In this document: piece after piece, positions 19,479 through 30,226 of the stretch | How the letters are laid out: each line of letters starts with the position of its first letter | Numbering within the stretch: position 1 is the stretch's first letter | Source: an uncultured Anaerolineaceae bacterium | GTDB lineage: Bacteria > Chloroflexota > Limnocylindria > Limnocylindrales > CSP1-4 | Assembly: GCA_964483405.1 (NCBI GenBank) | Contig: CAZABC010000003.1 | Span: 19,980-83,979 of the forward strand | DNA length: 64,000 bases | Reading direction: 5' to 3' | The notes under the pieces: generated by a model | What the model was told of the DNA's origin: nothing | What the model saw: the letters and a program-made list of their open reading frames with translations, nothing else | The model's database searches: none | Program-made: the position numbers and the translations under genes

Positions 19479-19904
19479 ATGCCCACCGCCGCGGTCGTCT
19501 ACCTGAGTGCGACCTTCACCACCGCCGGTCTCGCCGAGGAGATCGCCGTGCACCTCCGCGGCCGCGGCATCGACGCGACCGTCGCCTCGATCGACGACTG
19601 CGACCCCGGCGGCCTCGCCGACGTCGACTACCTCCTCCTCGGCTGCTGGACCCACGGCTTCTTCGTCGTCGGCCAGCACCCGGACGCGCCGTGGGTCGAG
19701 TTCGCGCGCGCCCTGCCACGGCTCGATCGACCGCGGGTCGGCCTGTTCACGACGTACCGGATCCTCACCGGCTCGATGTTCGCCCGGATGCGGCGGGAGC
19801 TGCGGCACACGGCCGCGCGGGTCGAGCTCGAGGTGAAGGCGCGCGGACCGCACCTGACCGACGACGGGCGCCGTGCCCTCGACCGTTGGATCGAGGCCGG
19901 CTAG
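19479..19904 (+). CDS. Flavodoxin-like fold protein
   Basis: VVYLSATFTTAGLAEEI...LLLGCWTHGF pattern; internal Met at 19479. Confidence 0.55.
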   Translation: MPTAAVVYLSATFTTAGLAEEIAVHLRGRGIDATVASIDDCDPGGLADVDYLLLGCWTHGFFVVGQHPDAPWVEFARALPRLDRPRVGLFTTYRILTGSMFARMRRELRHTAARVELEVKARGPHLTDDGRRALDRWIEAG

Positions 19905-21212
<1,308 letters not shown>

Positions 21213-21234
21213 GCCGCGCTCCGTGCCCTCGGTC

Positions 21235-21945
21235 CTACTCGTCCTTGGCCTTCTTCGGCGCCGGACCCGGCTCGGCCTTGCCGCTCGGCTCGGCCTTGCC
21301 GCCCCCCTCGCCCTTGCCGGTCGCCTCGGCCGCCTGGGCGTCGTGGTGCTGCGCCGTCAGCGAATCCCACTGCACCTGGTAGACCGCGTCGATGATGCCA
21401 TAGTCCTTGGCCTGCTCGGGACTCATGAAGTAGTCGCGGTCGGTGTCGCGGATGACCTTTTCGAGCGGCTGGCCCGTGTGCCGGGCGAGGATCTCGTGGT
21501 TGCGCTGGACGAGGAACTCCCACTCCTTCATCTGGATCATCGCGTCCGGCGCGTTGCCCCGGAAGCCGCCCGAGCCCTGGTGGATCATCACCCGGCCGTT
21601 CGGGAGGGCGAACCGCTTGCCCTTCGCGCCGGCGGCGAGGAGGACCGCCGCCATCGAGGCCGCCATCCCGATGCAGATCGTGCTCACCGGCGCCCGGACG
21701 TACTGCATCGTGTCGTAGATGGCGAGGCCGCTGGTGACGACGCCACCCGGCGAGTTGATATAGAGGTAGATGTCCTTCTCGGGGTCCTCGGAGTCGAGGA
21801 AGAGGAGCTGGGCGATGACGAGGTTGGCGACGTGGTCCTCGATCGCGTCGCCGAGGAAGATGATCCGCTCGCGGAGGAGCCGCGAGTAGATGTCGTACGC
21901 GCGCTCGCCGCGGCTCGACGACTCGATGACCATCGGGACGAGCAT
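21235..21945 (-). CDS. clpP: ATP-dependent Clp protease proteolytic subunit ClpP, with an unusual roughly 35-aa K/E/G-rich C-terminal tail
   Basis: [24 protein letters not shown]...GMAASMAA (Ser-His-Asp family) core. Start at internal Met 21945. Tail sequence is ...[31 protein letters not shown]. Confidence 0.9.
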   Translation of the reverse strand: MLVPMVIESSSRGERAYDIYSRLLRERIIFLGDAIEDHVANLVIAQLLFLDSEDPEKDIYLYINSPGGVVTSGLAIYDTMQYVRAPVSTICIGMAASMAAVLLAAGAKGKRFALPNGRVMIHQGSGGFRGNAPDAMIQMKEWEFLVQRNHEILARHTGQPLEKVIRDTDRDYFMSPEQAKDYGIIDAVYQVQWDSLTAQHHDAQAAEATGKGEGGGKAEPSGKAEPGPAPKKAKDE

Positions 21946-21980
21946 GTCGGGGCCTCCTGCGGTGGGTCCGGGGTCGGGGG

Positions 21981-23471
21981 TCAGCGAACGACGGGGTCGT
22001 CGGCTGGTTCGGCCGGGTCGGTCGTTGCGGTGCCGCTCACCTCGCCGATCGGCTCGATGACCTCGCCCTCGGCGAGGACGGTGCCCGGGTCGGTCGCACC
22101 GATGGCGGCGGCCGCCTCGACGCTCGGCTGGTCGACGGGGGACGGCGCGGCGTCCTCCGCGTGCGGGAGAGCGGGATGCTCGGGGTGCGCCGCCAGCCAC
22201 TCGTCGACAAGCTGCTCGACGAGCCGGCTCCGGCGGAGGGTGCTCCGGATGAAGTCGCGGCCGCGGTCCGACTCGAAGTAGCCGACGAGGCGCGGCTGCT
22301 TGGCGTAGCGGGCCCGGGCGCCCTCGATCTCGGCCTCGACGTCCGCGTCGGCGATCGTCACGCCCTCGGCGTCGGCGATCCGCGACAGGACGAGCAGGGT
22401 CTTGACCCGCTTCTCGGCGCCCGGCCGGAACTCGGCATGGAGGTCGTCCTCGCTCTTCTCGGTGGCGGCGAGCCAGGCCGACTCGGCGATCCCCTGGCGG
22501 GCGAGCGACGAGCGGAACTCGTCGTGCATCACCTCGACCTCCTGGTCGACCAGGATGTCGGGGAGCTCGAGGGTCGCATTCGCGACGGCGTACTCGATGA
22601 TCCGGTCGGCGAACTCGTGCCTGGCCCGGTCGAGGGCGTTCCGCTCGAGGCGCTCCCGGATCGCGACCCGGAGCTCGGCCAGGCCGGCGTAGTCGCCGAG
22701 CGCGGCCGCGAACTCGTCCTCGAGCGGCGGCAGGACCTTCTCGCGAAGCTCACGGAGCTCGACCACGAAGTGGGCGACACCGCCGGCGAGCGACGCTTCC
22801 GGGTAGTCCTCGGGGAAGGTGATGTCGAACTCCGTCGTCGCGCCGACCTCGAGCCCGACGAGGTGCTCCTCGAAGCCGGGGATCAGCCGGTCCTCGCCGA
22901 TGATGAGCGGCATCCGCTCGGCACTGCCGCCCCCGAAGGGTGCCCCGTCCCGCGTCCCGTCGAACTTGATGACGGCCCAGTCGCCCTTCCGGGCGGGGCG
23001 ATCCTCGATCGCCTTGAGGGCCGCGTACTGCTCGCGCAGCTCCTCGACGACCTGCTCGACCCGAGCGTCGTCGATCTCGGCGATCTCCGGCCGGAAGTTG
23101 AAGCCGCGGTAGTCCCCGAGGACGACCTCGGGCCGGACCGGCACGGTCGCCTTGAAGATGACCGGCTTGCCCTCCTCGGCCTGGACGACCTCGACGTCGG
23201 CGTTCGCGATCGGCACGACGTCGCTCTCGCGGAGCCAGCGTCGATAGGCGTCCTGGACCAGGTGCTCGACGGCGTCGTCGAGGACGGCCCCGGGCCCGAG
23301 GGCCCGCTCGAGGATCGGCCGGGGGGCCTTGCCCGGTCGGAAGCCGGGGATGCGGTTGCGCCGGCCGAGGCGAGCGACGGACTGGCCGATCGCCTTCGTC
23401 AGCTCTTCGGTCGGCAGCTCGACCTCGACGAGGATCGAGCTCTTGGGGGCGGGCGTGGTGGTGACGTTCAT
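21981..23471 (-). CDS. tig: Trigger factor
   Basis: Ribosome-binding N-domain (GFRPGKAPR), FKBP-type PPIase domain (DGAPFGGG) and C-domain across 496 aa. Confidence 0.9.
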   Translation of the reverse strand: MNVTTTPAPKSSILVEVELPTEELTKAIGQSVARLGRRNRIPGFRPGKAPRPILERALGPGAVLDDAVEHLVQDAYRRWLRESDVVPIANADVEVVQAEEGKPVIFKATVPVRPEVVLGDYRGFNFRPEIAEIDDARVEQVVEELREQYAALKAIEDRPARKGDWAVIKFDGTRDGAPFGGGSAERMPLIIGEDRLIPGFEEHLVGLEVGATTEFDITFPEDYPEASLAGGVAHFVVELRELREKVLPPLEDEFAAALGDYAGLAELRVAIRERLERNALDRARHEFADRIIEYAVANATLELPDILVDQEVEVMHDEFRSSLARQGIAESAWLAATEKSEDDLHAEFRPGAEKRVKTLLVLSRIADAEGVTIADADVEAEIEGARARYAKQPRLVGYFESDRGRDFIRSTLRRSRLVEQLVDEWLAAHPEHPALPHAEDAAPSPVDQPSVEAAAAIGATDPGTVLAEGEVIEPIGEVSGTATTDPAEPADDPVVR

Positions 23472-23516
23472 CGCCCGCGAAGTCTACCCGCCGGAGCCGG
23501 GTGCCGCCCCGGGGGC

Positions 23517-23604
23517 TGGTAGGCGAGGTCGGGGTCGAACCGACACGCCGCTCGCGCGGCACCGGCTCCTAAGGCCGGCGCGTCTGCCATTCCGCCACTC
23601 GCCC
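23517..23604 (-). tRNA. tRNA-Leu (anticodon UAG), type II with long variable arm
   Basis: Folded by hand from the minus strand: GGGCGAG UG GCGGAAUGGCAGACGC G CCGGC CUUAGGA GCCGG [UGCCGCGCGAGCGGCGU] GUCGG UUCGACC CCGAC CUCGCCU A CCA. Acceptor stem 7 bp with one GU pair; D-arm close to E. coli tRNA-Leu; T-loop UUCGACC; CCA is encoded. Confidence 0.8.
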
Positions 23605-23614
23605 GGGGGCGAGT

Positions 23615-24226
23615 CTAGCGCGCCTCGTCGGTCCCGCGGCGCATGTAGCGGCGGACCCCCTCGCGGGCGGCGACGCCGGCGACCGACACGACGGCCGCGA
23701 CGACGGCCGGCGGCACCCGGCGACCGGGCGGGGTCGCGCCACGTTCCACGAGGTACTTGGTGAAGCTCGCGTCGAGCGCCTCGCGAACCTTGGGCCCGCC
23801 GACGCCCGCCTCGTCGAGCGCCGCCACGACCTCGGCCGGCAACGTGCCGGGCGTGATCCGCCCGCGACGGCGGCTCAGGAGTCGGATCCCGACGACCGCG
23901 GCGGTGCCGACGCCGACGAACGGGATGAGTCGCTTCGGGTCGCGGGCGACCCGCTGGATGCGGACCCGCGGGTCGAGCGCGTTCCGGGCGCTCGCCTTGA
24001 GCTGCCCGACGTCGGCCACGAGGTCGCCGCGGGCGGCGTCCACGGCAGCCCGAGCCTCGAGGACGGCCGGGTCGACCGGGCGCGTCGGCGACGCCGCGGC
24101 GACCGGGGTCGTGGCGACCGGCACGGGAGTCGGCGCCGGGTCGGGCGGCGGCGCGTCATCGAGCGCCGGGGTCGCCGGCACGGCCGGCGCCGTGGTGGGG
24201 TCGATCGGTTCCGTCGGCATCGTCAT
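23615..24226 (-). CDS. DUF3618-like coiled-coil protein with C-terminal TM anchor
   Basis: Internal Met (MTMPTEPIDP...) of the 1391-aa junk ORF. P/A-rich N-terminus, a coiled-coil stretch, then the hydrophobic segment LIPFVGVGTAAVVGIRLL. Its ATG overlaps the stop of the holin-like gene (ATGA). Confidence 0.5.
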   Translation of the reverse strand: MTMPTEPIDPTTAPAVPATPALDDAPPPDPAPTPVPVATTPVAAASPTRPVDPAVLEARAAVDAARGDLVADVGQLKASARNALDPRVRIQRVARDPKRLIPFVGVGTAAVVGIRLLSRRRGRITPGTLPAEVVAALDEAGVGGPKVREALDASFTKYLVERGATPPGRRVPPAVVAAVVSVAGVAAREGVRRYMRRGTDEAR

Positions 24227-25185
24227 TCCCGGCCTCCGGGCGCCTGCTCCTGCAGCCACTCCAGCGTCTCCTGCGCCGCCGCGATGCTCTGCTCGGGCAG
24301 GAACCGCGCCCGGAAGTCGGCCTCGTCGAGCGGCCGCGTGGCGAGGTCGATGCCGAGGACCGCCGCGAAGGCCAGCTGCCCGGCGACGACCCCGAGCGCG
24401 GCAGCGACGTCGGGCGCGTACGGGATGACCGTGAACACGCCGAAGGCGACCCCGCCGAAGACCCCGACGACCAGGCCGTTCGCCACCGGGTTGCCGCCGG
24501 ACGACGGTCCGGTGCCGGTCGGCGCCGTGGGACCGGTCGGCGCCGTGGGACCGGTCGGCGCCGTGGGCGCGGTGCGCCGCGACGACGCGGTGCGCAGCCC
24601 GACGATCGCGCCGACGATCGCGCCGACGATGACCGACAGGCCGATGGCCACGATCGGCAGCCGGACCTCCTCGGCCAGGCCGAGGTTGAGCGCGTCCGTG
24701 ATGGCGACCCAGCCCCGGTACGGCAGCTGGAGGCCGAGGACGAGGCCGACCGCGACGCCGACGAGGACACCGATCGCCAGCGCCCGGCCGAGGAGGCCCC
24801 GGTCGTCGCGGACGATGAACGAGGCCGCGCCGACGATGACCGCGACGGCGGTCAGCGTCCCGTGGACGATCCCCCAGCCCATCGAGCCGAAGATCGCCTC
24901 GCCGAGGAAGAGCGTCGTCGCGATCGAGATGAGCATGACCGCGAAGAGCGCGGCGCCGACGGCGAGGGCGGCGGCGGCCGAGACCGCCGCGATGTTCGCC
25001 TTGATCGGCTCGAGCTCGGCGATCAGGAGGGCCTTGTGGGCCTCGAACAGGCGGCGCGCGGTCTCGACGGTGCGGTCGATCTGCTCGCGGAGGCCGGGTT
25101 CGGGCGACGGGCCGCGGGTGTCCAGGGCAGGCTCCAGCAACGGGGCGGGACGCGACGATGATACCGCGCCCCCGGTCGCCGGCAC
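24223..25185 (-). CDS. Holin-X-like (phage holin family) multi-TM membrane protein carrying a PTG/APTG repeat
   Basis: N-terminal RLFEAHKALLIAELEPIKANI... followed by TM helices resembles the actinobacterial Holin-X (holin superfamily III) fold. Additional TM helices lie C-terminal. The start (GTG at 25185) is uncertain because it abuts the divergent cinA start. Confidence 0.5.
   Translation of the reverse strand: MPATGGAVSSSRPAPLLEPALDTRGPSPEPGLREQIDRTVETARRLFEAHKALLIAELEPIKANIAAVSAAAALAVGAALFAVMLISIATTLFLGEAIFGSMGWGIVHGTLTAVAVIVGAASFIVRDDRGLLGRALAIGVLVGVAVGLVLGLQLPYRGWVAITDALNLGLAEEVRLPIVAIGLSVIVGAIVGAIVGLRTASSRRTAPTAPTGPTAPTGPTAPTGTGPSSGGNPVANGLVVGVFGGVAFGVFTVIPYAPDVAAALGVVAGQLAFAAVLGIDLATRPLDEADFRARFLPEQSIAAAQETLEWLQEQAPGGRE
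24515..24568. repeat. 18-bp tandem repeat ×3 (ccggtcggcgccgtggga) encoding (APTGPT)n in the holin-like gene
   Basis: Seen directly in the sequence; the third copy is imperfect. Confidence 0.8.
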
Positions 25186-25204
25186 GGTGCGCTACGCTCG
25201 GGCC

Positions 25205-26458
25205 GTGCGCCGCATCCACACCGCCGAGCTCCTCTCGATCGGCACCGAGCTGACGACCGGCGGCACGCGCGACACGAACGCCGGCGACCTCGCCCGGTCG
25301 CTGACCGATCGGGGGGCGTGGGTCGGCCGGATGACCGCCCTGCCCGACGACCTCGAGGCGGCGAGCGGCGCGATCCGCGACGCGCTCGAGCGGGCCGACC
25401 TCGTCGTGACGACCGGCGGCCTCGGCCCCACACCCGACGACCTGACCCGCGAGGCGATCGCCGCGGCGGTCGGCGAGGGCGTCGCCGTCGATCCAGCCCT
25501 CGAGGACTGGCTGCGCTCGATCTGGCGGCGACGCGGGCTCCCGTTCCCTGCCGCGAACATCAAGCAGGCCTGGCGGATCCCGTCGGCGACGGCCATCCCG
25601 AACGGTCACGGGACGGCGCCCGGCTGGTGGGTCGACCGACCGGACGGTCGGATCGTCGTCGCCCTCCCCGGTCCGCCGCGCGAGATGACCCCGATGTGGC
25701 GCGACCACGTGCTCCCGCGGCTCCACGATCGTGGGCTTGGGGTCGACCGCAGCGTGCGCGTCCTGCGGCTCCACGGGATCGGCGAGTCGCAGCTCGCCGA
25801 CGAGCTCGACGACCTGCTTCGCGGCCGGAACCCCGTCGTCGCGACGTACGCCCGGGCCGACGCGGTCGACGTCCGGGTGACGGCGGTCGACGAGCCCGGC
25901 GACGACGAGCGGCCGCCCCGCCCCGCGGCCGAGATCGGCGAGGCGGCCCTCCTCGAGCTGCGGGCCCGTCTCGGCCGCTACATCTGGGCCGAGGACGACG
26001 AGTCGTGGGCCCGGGCGATCGGCCGGGCGCTCGCCGAGCGTGGCGGCGATCTCGCCACCGTCGAGGCGGGGACCGGCGCCCAGCTCGCCGGCCTGCTCGC
26101 CGGCTCGGGCCGGCTGCGTCGGGCGGTCGCGATCGCGGAGGCCGGCGATCTCGACCCGGTATCGGTCGCCGAGGAGGCCCGCCGTGCCGCCGGCGCCACG
26201 CATGGCCTCGCCGTCCTCGCGCTGCCGCAGCACCACGACACGACGATCCACGTCGCCGTCGTCCGCGACGGCCAGCCCGGCTGGACCGCGAGCCACGTCG
26301 TCTTCCAGCAGGGTGCGGCGGGCCACCTGCGGGCGGCGGTCGCCGCGGCGGCCGACCTCCTCGCCGTGCTCCGCGAGACCGGCCCGGGCGACCCGGGAGC
26401 CGCCGAGCCCGGGGCCGCGGAGCCGGGCGCCGGGGCGTCGCCGCCCGCCGCGCGCTAG
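25205..26458 (+). CDS. cinA: CinA-family competence/damage-inducible protein (MoCF-binding domain + CinA C-terminal domain)
   Basis: ELLSIGTELTTG...VVTTGGLGPTPDDLT (MoCF_biosynth fold) then CinA_C (TVEAGTGAQLAGLL). GTG start at 25205; an alternative in-frame GTG lies at 25187. Confidence 0.85.
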   Translation: MRRIHTAELLSIGTELTTGGTRDTNAGDLARSLTDRGAWVGRMTALPDDLEAASGAIRDALERADLVVTTGGLGPTPDDLTREAIAAAVGEGVAVDPALEDWLRSIWRRRGLPFPAANIKQAWRIPSATAIPNGHGTAPGWWVDRPDGRIVVALPGPPREMTPMWRDHVLPRLHDRGLGVDRSVRVLRLHGIGESQLADELDDLLRGRNPVVATYARADAVDVRVTAVDEPGDDERPPRPAAEIGEAALLELRARLGRYIWAEDDESWARAIGRALAERGGDLATVEAGTGAQLAGLLAGSGRLRRAVAIAEAGDLDPVSVAEEARRAAGATHGLAVLALPQHHDTTIHVAVVRDGQPGWTASHVVFQQGAAGHLRAAVAAAADLLAVLRETGPGDPGAAEPGAAEPGAGASPPAAR

Positions 26459-27531
26459 GAGATCGTCAGGACCGGTGCCTGCGCCGACTCCGCCCGGACC
26501 GACATCCGGGCAGCGACGATCCGGGCGAGCTGGACGAGGGCCTGCGCCGCCGGCCCGGGCTCGCGCTGGGCGACCGCGGGCACGCCGACGTCCCCGCCCT
26601 GGCGGACCGTGATGTCGAGCGGGATCCCGCCGAGGAACTCGAGCCCGTGCTCGGCCGCGAACCGCTCGCCGCCGCCGCGCCCGAAGATCTCGGTCGCCTC
26701 GCCGCAGTGGGGGCAGACGAAGGCGCTCATGTTCTCGACGATCCCGATGACCGGGACGTTCATCCGCTCCAGCATCGCGAGCGCCTTGCGGACGTCGGCC
26801 AGCGAGACCTCCTGGGGCGTCGTGACGAGCACGGTCCCGCTGACGGGCACGGCCTGGGCGAGCGTCAGCTGCGCGTCGGAGGTGCCCGGCGGCAGGTCGA
26901 TGACGAGGTAGTCGAGCTCGCCCCAGTCGACGTCCCGGAGGAACTGCTGGATCGCCCCGCCGACGAGCGGTCCGCGCCAGACGATCGGCTGGCCCTCGGG
27001 GACGAAGAACTGGATCGAGATGACCCTGACGCCGTACCGCTCGAGCGGCTCGATCCGGTTCGAGGCGGTGGCCCGCGGCTGGCCCTCGACCCCGAGCATC
27101 ATCGGGATGTTCGGGCCGGTGATGTCGGCGTCGAGGAGCCCGACGCTCGCGCCGGCCTGGGCGAGCGCGACGGCGAGGTTGACGGAGACCGTGCTCTTGC
27201 CGACGCCGCCCTTGCCCGAGGCGACGGCGATGATGTTCTTGACCCCCGGCAGGAGCTGCTCGGCCGCCCGCGGCGTGGCCCGGCGGACCGTCGCGCCCCA
27301 GGCGATCTCGAGCCCGCCGACGCCGAGCGGCTCGAGCGCGGCGCGGACCTCGGTCTCGATCTGGTCCTTGAGCGGGCAGGCCGGCGTCGTCAGCTCGATC
27401 GTGAAGGCGACCCGATCGCCGTCGATCGCGAGGTCCCGGATCATCTGGCGGGTCACAAGGTCGCCGCCGAGCTCGGGCTCCTGGACGGTCCGGAGGGCGT
27501 CGTAGACGGCGGCTTCGCTGATGGTCGTCAT
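26455..27531 (-). CDS. apbC: Mrp/ApbC-family Fe-S cluster carrier ATPase
   Basis: N-terminal DUF59 domain, Walker A ASGKGGVGKST, and CPHCG cluster-binding motif. Internal Met start at 27531. Confidence 0.9.
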   Translation of the reverse strand: MTTISEAAVYDALRTVQEPELGGDLVTRQMIRDLAIDGDRVAFTIELTTPACPLKDQIETEVRAALEPLGVGGLEIAWGATVRRATPRAAEQLLPGVKNIIAVASGKGGVGKSTVSVNLAVALAQAGASVGLLDADITGPNIPMMLGVEGQPRATASNRIEPLERYGVRVISIQFFVPEGQPIVWRGPLVGGAIQQFLRDVDWGELDYLVIDLPPGTSDAQLTLAQAVPVSGTVLVTTPQEVSLADVRKALAMLERMNVPVIGIVENMSAFVCPHCGEATEIFGRGGGERFAAEHGLEFLGGIPLDITVRQGGDVGVPAVAQREPGPAAQALVQLARIVAARMSVRAESAQAPVLTIS

Positions 27532-27700
27532 GGCGCGGCAGGATCCTTCCGCTCGGTGGGGGCGGGACGCGGTCGCCCGGACGGGTGGCCGGGAGCCGCA
27601 TCGTAGCGCGGGCGAGCCGGAGCCGCCGGAGATGGCACCGCAGCCGCAGCGAGCCGGACGACCCATCCCCGCCGCACCGCCGACGGGGGCCGTTCTCGCC

Positions 27701-27730
27701 TTGACACCCGCTCTTGGGCCGCCCTATCGT
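27701..27730 (+). promoter_or_regulatory. Candidate σ70-type promoter for the pot operon (TTGACA–17/18–TATCGT)
   Basis: TTGACA at 27701–27706 and a weak −10 (ctatcg/tatcgt) around 27724–27730, about 100 nt upstream of the potA start. Confidence 0.3.
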
Positions 27731-27831
27731 CTCGCCACTGCCGCGCTCGGGGAGGAGGGCGGTGGCTGCGCCCGGGCTTGTCCCACCCATCGGCGCGACG
27801 ATGTCACCCTCGCAGCCCGGAGACTGCCAAC

Positions 27832-28983
27832 GTGCGTGCGGTCGAGGTCCGCCTCGTCGACGTCGTCAAGCGGTTCGGCGACGTCAACGCCGTCGACCAT
27901 ATCGACCTCGAGGTCCACGACGGCGAGTTCTTCTCCCTGCTCGGCCCGTCCGGTTGCGGCAAGACGACGACGCTCCGGATGATCGGCGGCTTCGAGGAGC
28001 CGACCTCGGGGCTCATCGAGCTGCACGGGCAGGACGTCACCTGGCTGCCCGCCTATCGACGCAACGTCAACACCGTCTTCCAGAACTACGCGCTGTTCCC
28101 GCACCTGACGATCTTCGAGAACGTCGCCTTCGGGCTCCGCCGCCGGAAGGTCGACGACCGCGAGATCGAGGCGCGGGTCACCGAGATGCTCCGGCTCGTC
28201 GAGCTGCCGGGCTACGAGAAGCGCAAGCCGTCGCAGATCTCGGGCGGGCAGGCCCAGCGGGTCGCCCTCGCCCGGGCCCTCGTCAACCGGCCGGCCGTCC
28301 TCCTCCTCGACGAGCCGCTCGGGGCGCTCGACCTCAAGCTCCGCAAGCAGATGCAGGTCGAGCTGAAGCGGATCCAGCAGGAGGTCGGGATCACCTTCAT
28401 CTACGTGACCCACGACCAGGAGGAGGCGATGACGATGTCGGATCGCATCGCCGTCATGAACCGTGGCCGGTACGAGCAGCTCGGCGACCCCGAGAGCCTC
28501 TACGAGCGGCCGACGACCCGCTTCGTCGCCGGCTTCCTCGGGGTCAGCAACCTCATCGCCGCCCGGGTCGACGGCACCGCCGACGCGTATGCCGTCTGCC
28601 GGCTCGCCGACGACACGGTGGTCCGCGTGCCGCGGGCCCTCCTCGAGGGCATGGAGCGGATCGAGATCGGCGTCCGGCCGGAGAAGATCCGCCTGCGCGA
28701 GCCGGCGGAGGTCGTCCCGGAGGGCCACAACGAGCTGGCCGGCGTCGTTCGCGACGCGTCCTACCTCGGCGTCTCGACGAGCTACATCGTCGAGGCCCGG
28801 GGCGGCGCACGACTGACGGTCTACGAGCAGAACGTCGAGCGGGCCACGAAGGCCGAGCTCTGGCGCCCGGGTGACGAGGTCCGGATGACCTGGTCGCCCG
28901 ACCACACGTTCGTGGTCGCCGCGGGGGGATCGGCGGCGACCGAGGTCCCGTCCGCGCCGGGTCCCGAGCCCGCGGCGGACTGA
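27832..28983 (+). CDS. potA: Spermidine/putrescine ABC transporter ATP-binding protein
   Basis: Walker A GPSGCGKTT, ABC signature ISGGQAQR and C-terminal TOBE-like domain. GTG start at 27832 inside a TTG-initiated track ORF. Confidence 0.9.
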   Translation: MRAVEVRLVDVVKRFGDVNAVDHIDLEVHDGEFFSLLGPSGCGKTTTLRMIGGFEEPTSGLIELHGQDVTWLPAYRRNVNTVFQNYALFPHLTIFENVAFGLRRRKVDDREIEARVTEMLRLVELPGYEKRKPSQISGGQAQRVALARALVNRPAVLLLDEPLGALDLKLRKQMQVELKRIQQEVGITFIYVTHDQEEAMTMSDRIAVMNRGRYEQLGDPESLYERPTTRFVAGFLGVSNLIAARVDGTADAYAVCRLADDTVVRVPRALLEGMERIEIGVRPEKIRLREPAEVVPEGHNELAGVVRDASYLGVSTSYIVEARGGARLTVYEQNVERATKAELWRPGDEVRMTWSPDHTFVVAAGGSAATEVPSAPGPEPAAD

Positions 28984-29029
28984 TCCCTGCCGCCCGGCGG
29001 GTGCCGGCGGCGACGGAGGAGAGCACGGG

Positions 29030-30223
29030 ATGATCGACGAGATGGTCCGGGCCGGCGGCCTGCCGGTGACCAGGCGCCGGTTCCTGCAGGGCTCGGCCCT
29101 CGCGGGCGTTGGCGCGTTCATCGCCGCCTGCTCCGGCGGTGGCACCCCGGCCCCCTCGAGTGGCGGTGGCGACGGCGAGGTCACCGGGCCGCTGAACTTC
29201 GCGAACTGGGATGCCTACATCGACCTCGCCGAGGACGAGGTGACCTCGCCGACGATCGAGAGCTTCAAGGCCGAGTACGGCATCGAGGTCAACTACGCGA
29301 ACGCGAAGATCGAGGACAACGAGAGCTTCGTCGCGACGATCCGGCCGCAGCTCGAGTCCGGCGTCGACACCGGCTGGGACCTCATCGTCCTGACCGACTG
29401 GATGGCGGCCAAGCTGGTCGCCCTCGGCTGGACCGAGAAGATCGACCCGGCCAACACCCCGACGGCCGCGGCGAACGTCAAGGACAACCTCAAGGGTCTC
29501 GCCTGGGACCCCGACATGAGCTTCCACTACCCGTGGCAGTCGGGGGCGACCGGCGTCGGCTACAACGTCAAGTCGACCGGCCGCGAGCTGACCAAGCTCG
29601 CCGACCTGTTCGACCCGGAGTTCTCGGGCAAGGTCACCCTCCTGACCGAGGTCCGCGACACGTTCCCGCTCACCCACCTCATGCTCCAGGCCCAGGGCCA
29701 GGCGAGCGACAACCCGCCCGAGGAGATGACGGTCGAGGACGCCCAGGTCGTCAAGGACTACCTCCAGACGTTCGTCGACAACAGCCACATCCGCCAGTTC
29801 ACCGGCAACGAGTACCTGCTCGACTTCGGGAGCGGCGACACGTGGGCGGCCATGGTCTGGTCGGGCGACCTTGCCTCGTCGGGCGGCGAGGACGACCGGT
29901 TCGTCTTCCCCGAGGAGGGGGCGATGATCTGGACCGACAACATGCTCATCCCGAAGGGCGCCCAGCACAAGGCCGCCGCCGAGGCCATGATCGACTGGGT
30001 CTACGACGTCGACCGGGCCGCCGCGATCGCCGCCTACGTCTACTACATCTCGCCGGTGAAGGGTGTCGAGGAGGCGATCGTCGCGCTCGACCCCGATGCC
30101 GCCGACAACCCCCTCCTCTTCCCGCCCGACGACGTCGTCGAGCGGCTGTACTCCCAGCCCAACTGGGACGAGGAGGACGAGATGGCGGTCAACGAGATGT
30201 TCGCGGAGCTGACGGGCGTCTGA
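29030..30223 (+). CDS. potD: Polyamine ABC transporter substrate-binding lipoprotein (PotD/PotF family), Tat/lipobox N-terminus
   Basis: RRRFLQGSALAGVGAFIAACSG signal and a PBP-2-fold extracellular protein. Confidence 0.85.
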   Translation: MIDEMVRAGGLPVTRRRFLQGSALAGVGAFIAACSGGGTPAPSSGGGDGEVTGPLNFANWDAYIDLAEDEVTSPTIESFKAEYGIEVNYANAKIEDNESFVATIRPQLESGVDTGWDLIVLTDWMAAKLVALGWTEKIDPANTPTAAANVKDNLKGLAWDPDMSFHYPWQSGATGVGYNVKSTGRELTKLADLFDPEFSGKVTLLTEVRDTFPLTHLMLQAQGQASDNPPEEMTVEDAQVVKDYLQTFVDNSHIRQFTGNEYLLDFGSGDTWAAMVWSGDLASSGGEDDRFVFPEEGAMIWTDNMLIPKGAQHKAAAEAMIDWVYDVDRAAAIAAYVYYISPVKGVEEAIVALDPDAADNPLLFPPDDVVERLYSQPNWDEEDEMAVNEMFAELTGV

Positions 30224-30226
30224 TCG

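Noticed and set aside
23517-25185. Prophage or integrative-element remnant at tRNA-Leu
   Set aside because: Only a holin-like and a DUF3618-like gene are present. There is no integrase, recombinase, capsid, lysin or flanking direct repeat of the tRNA 3' end. The pair matches the chromosomal actinobacterial holin-X/DUF3618 module.
23615-27790. 1391-aa minus-strand ORF; similarly the 1122-aa ORF 34548..37916, the 870-aa ORF 16664..19276, the 694-aa ORF 5768..7852, the 503-aa ORF 42650..44161 and many others
   Set aside because: The translations are dominated by R/P/G/A/D runs with no motifs, and they lie antisense or out of frame to well-supported genes. They are stop-codon-poor frames expected at about 70% GC. 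Only the short genuine segments inside them (the DUF3618-like gene and DUF4242-like gene) were kept.
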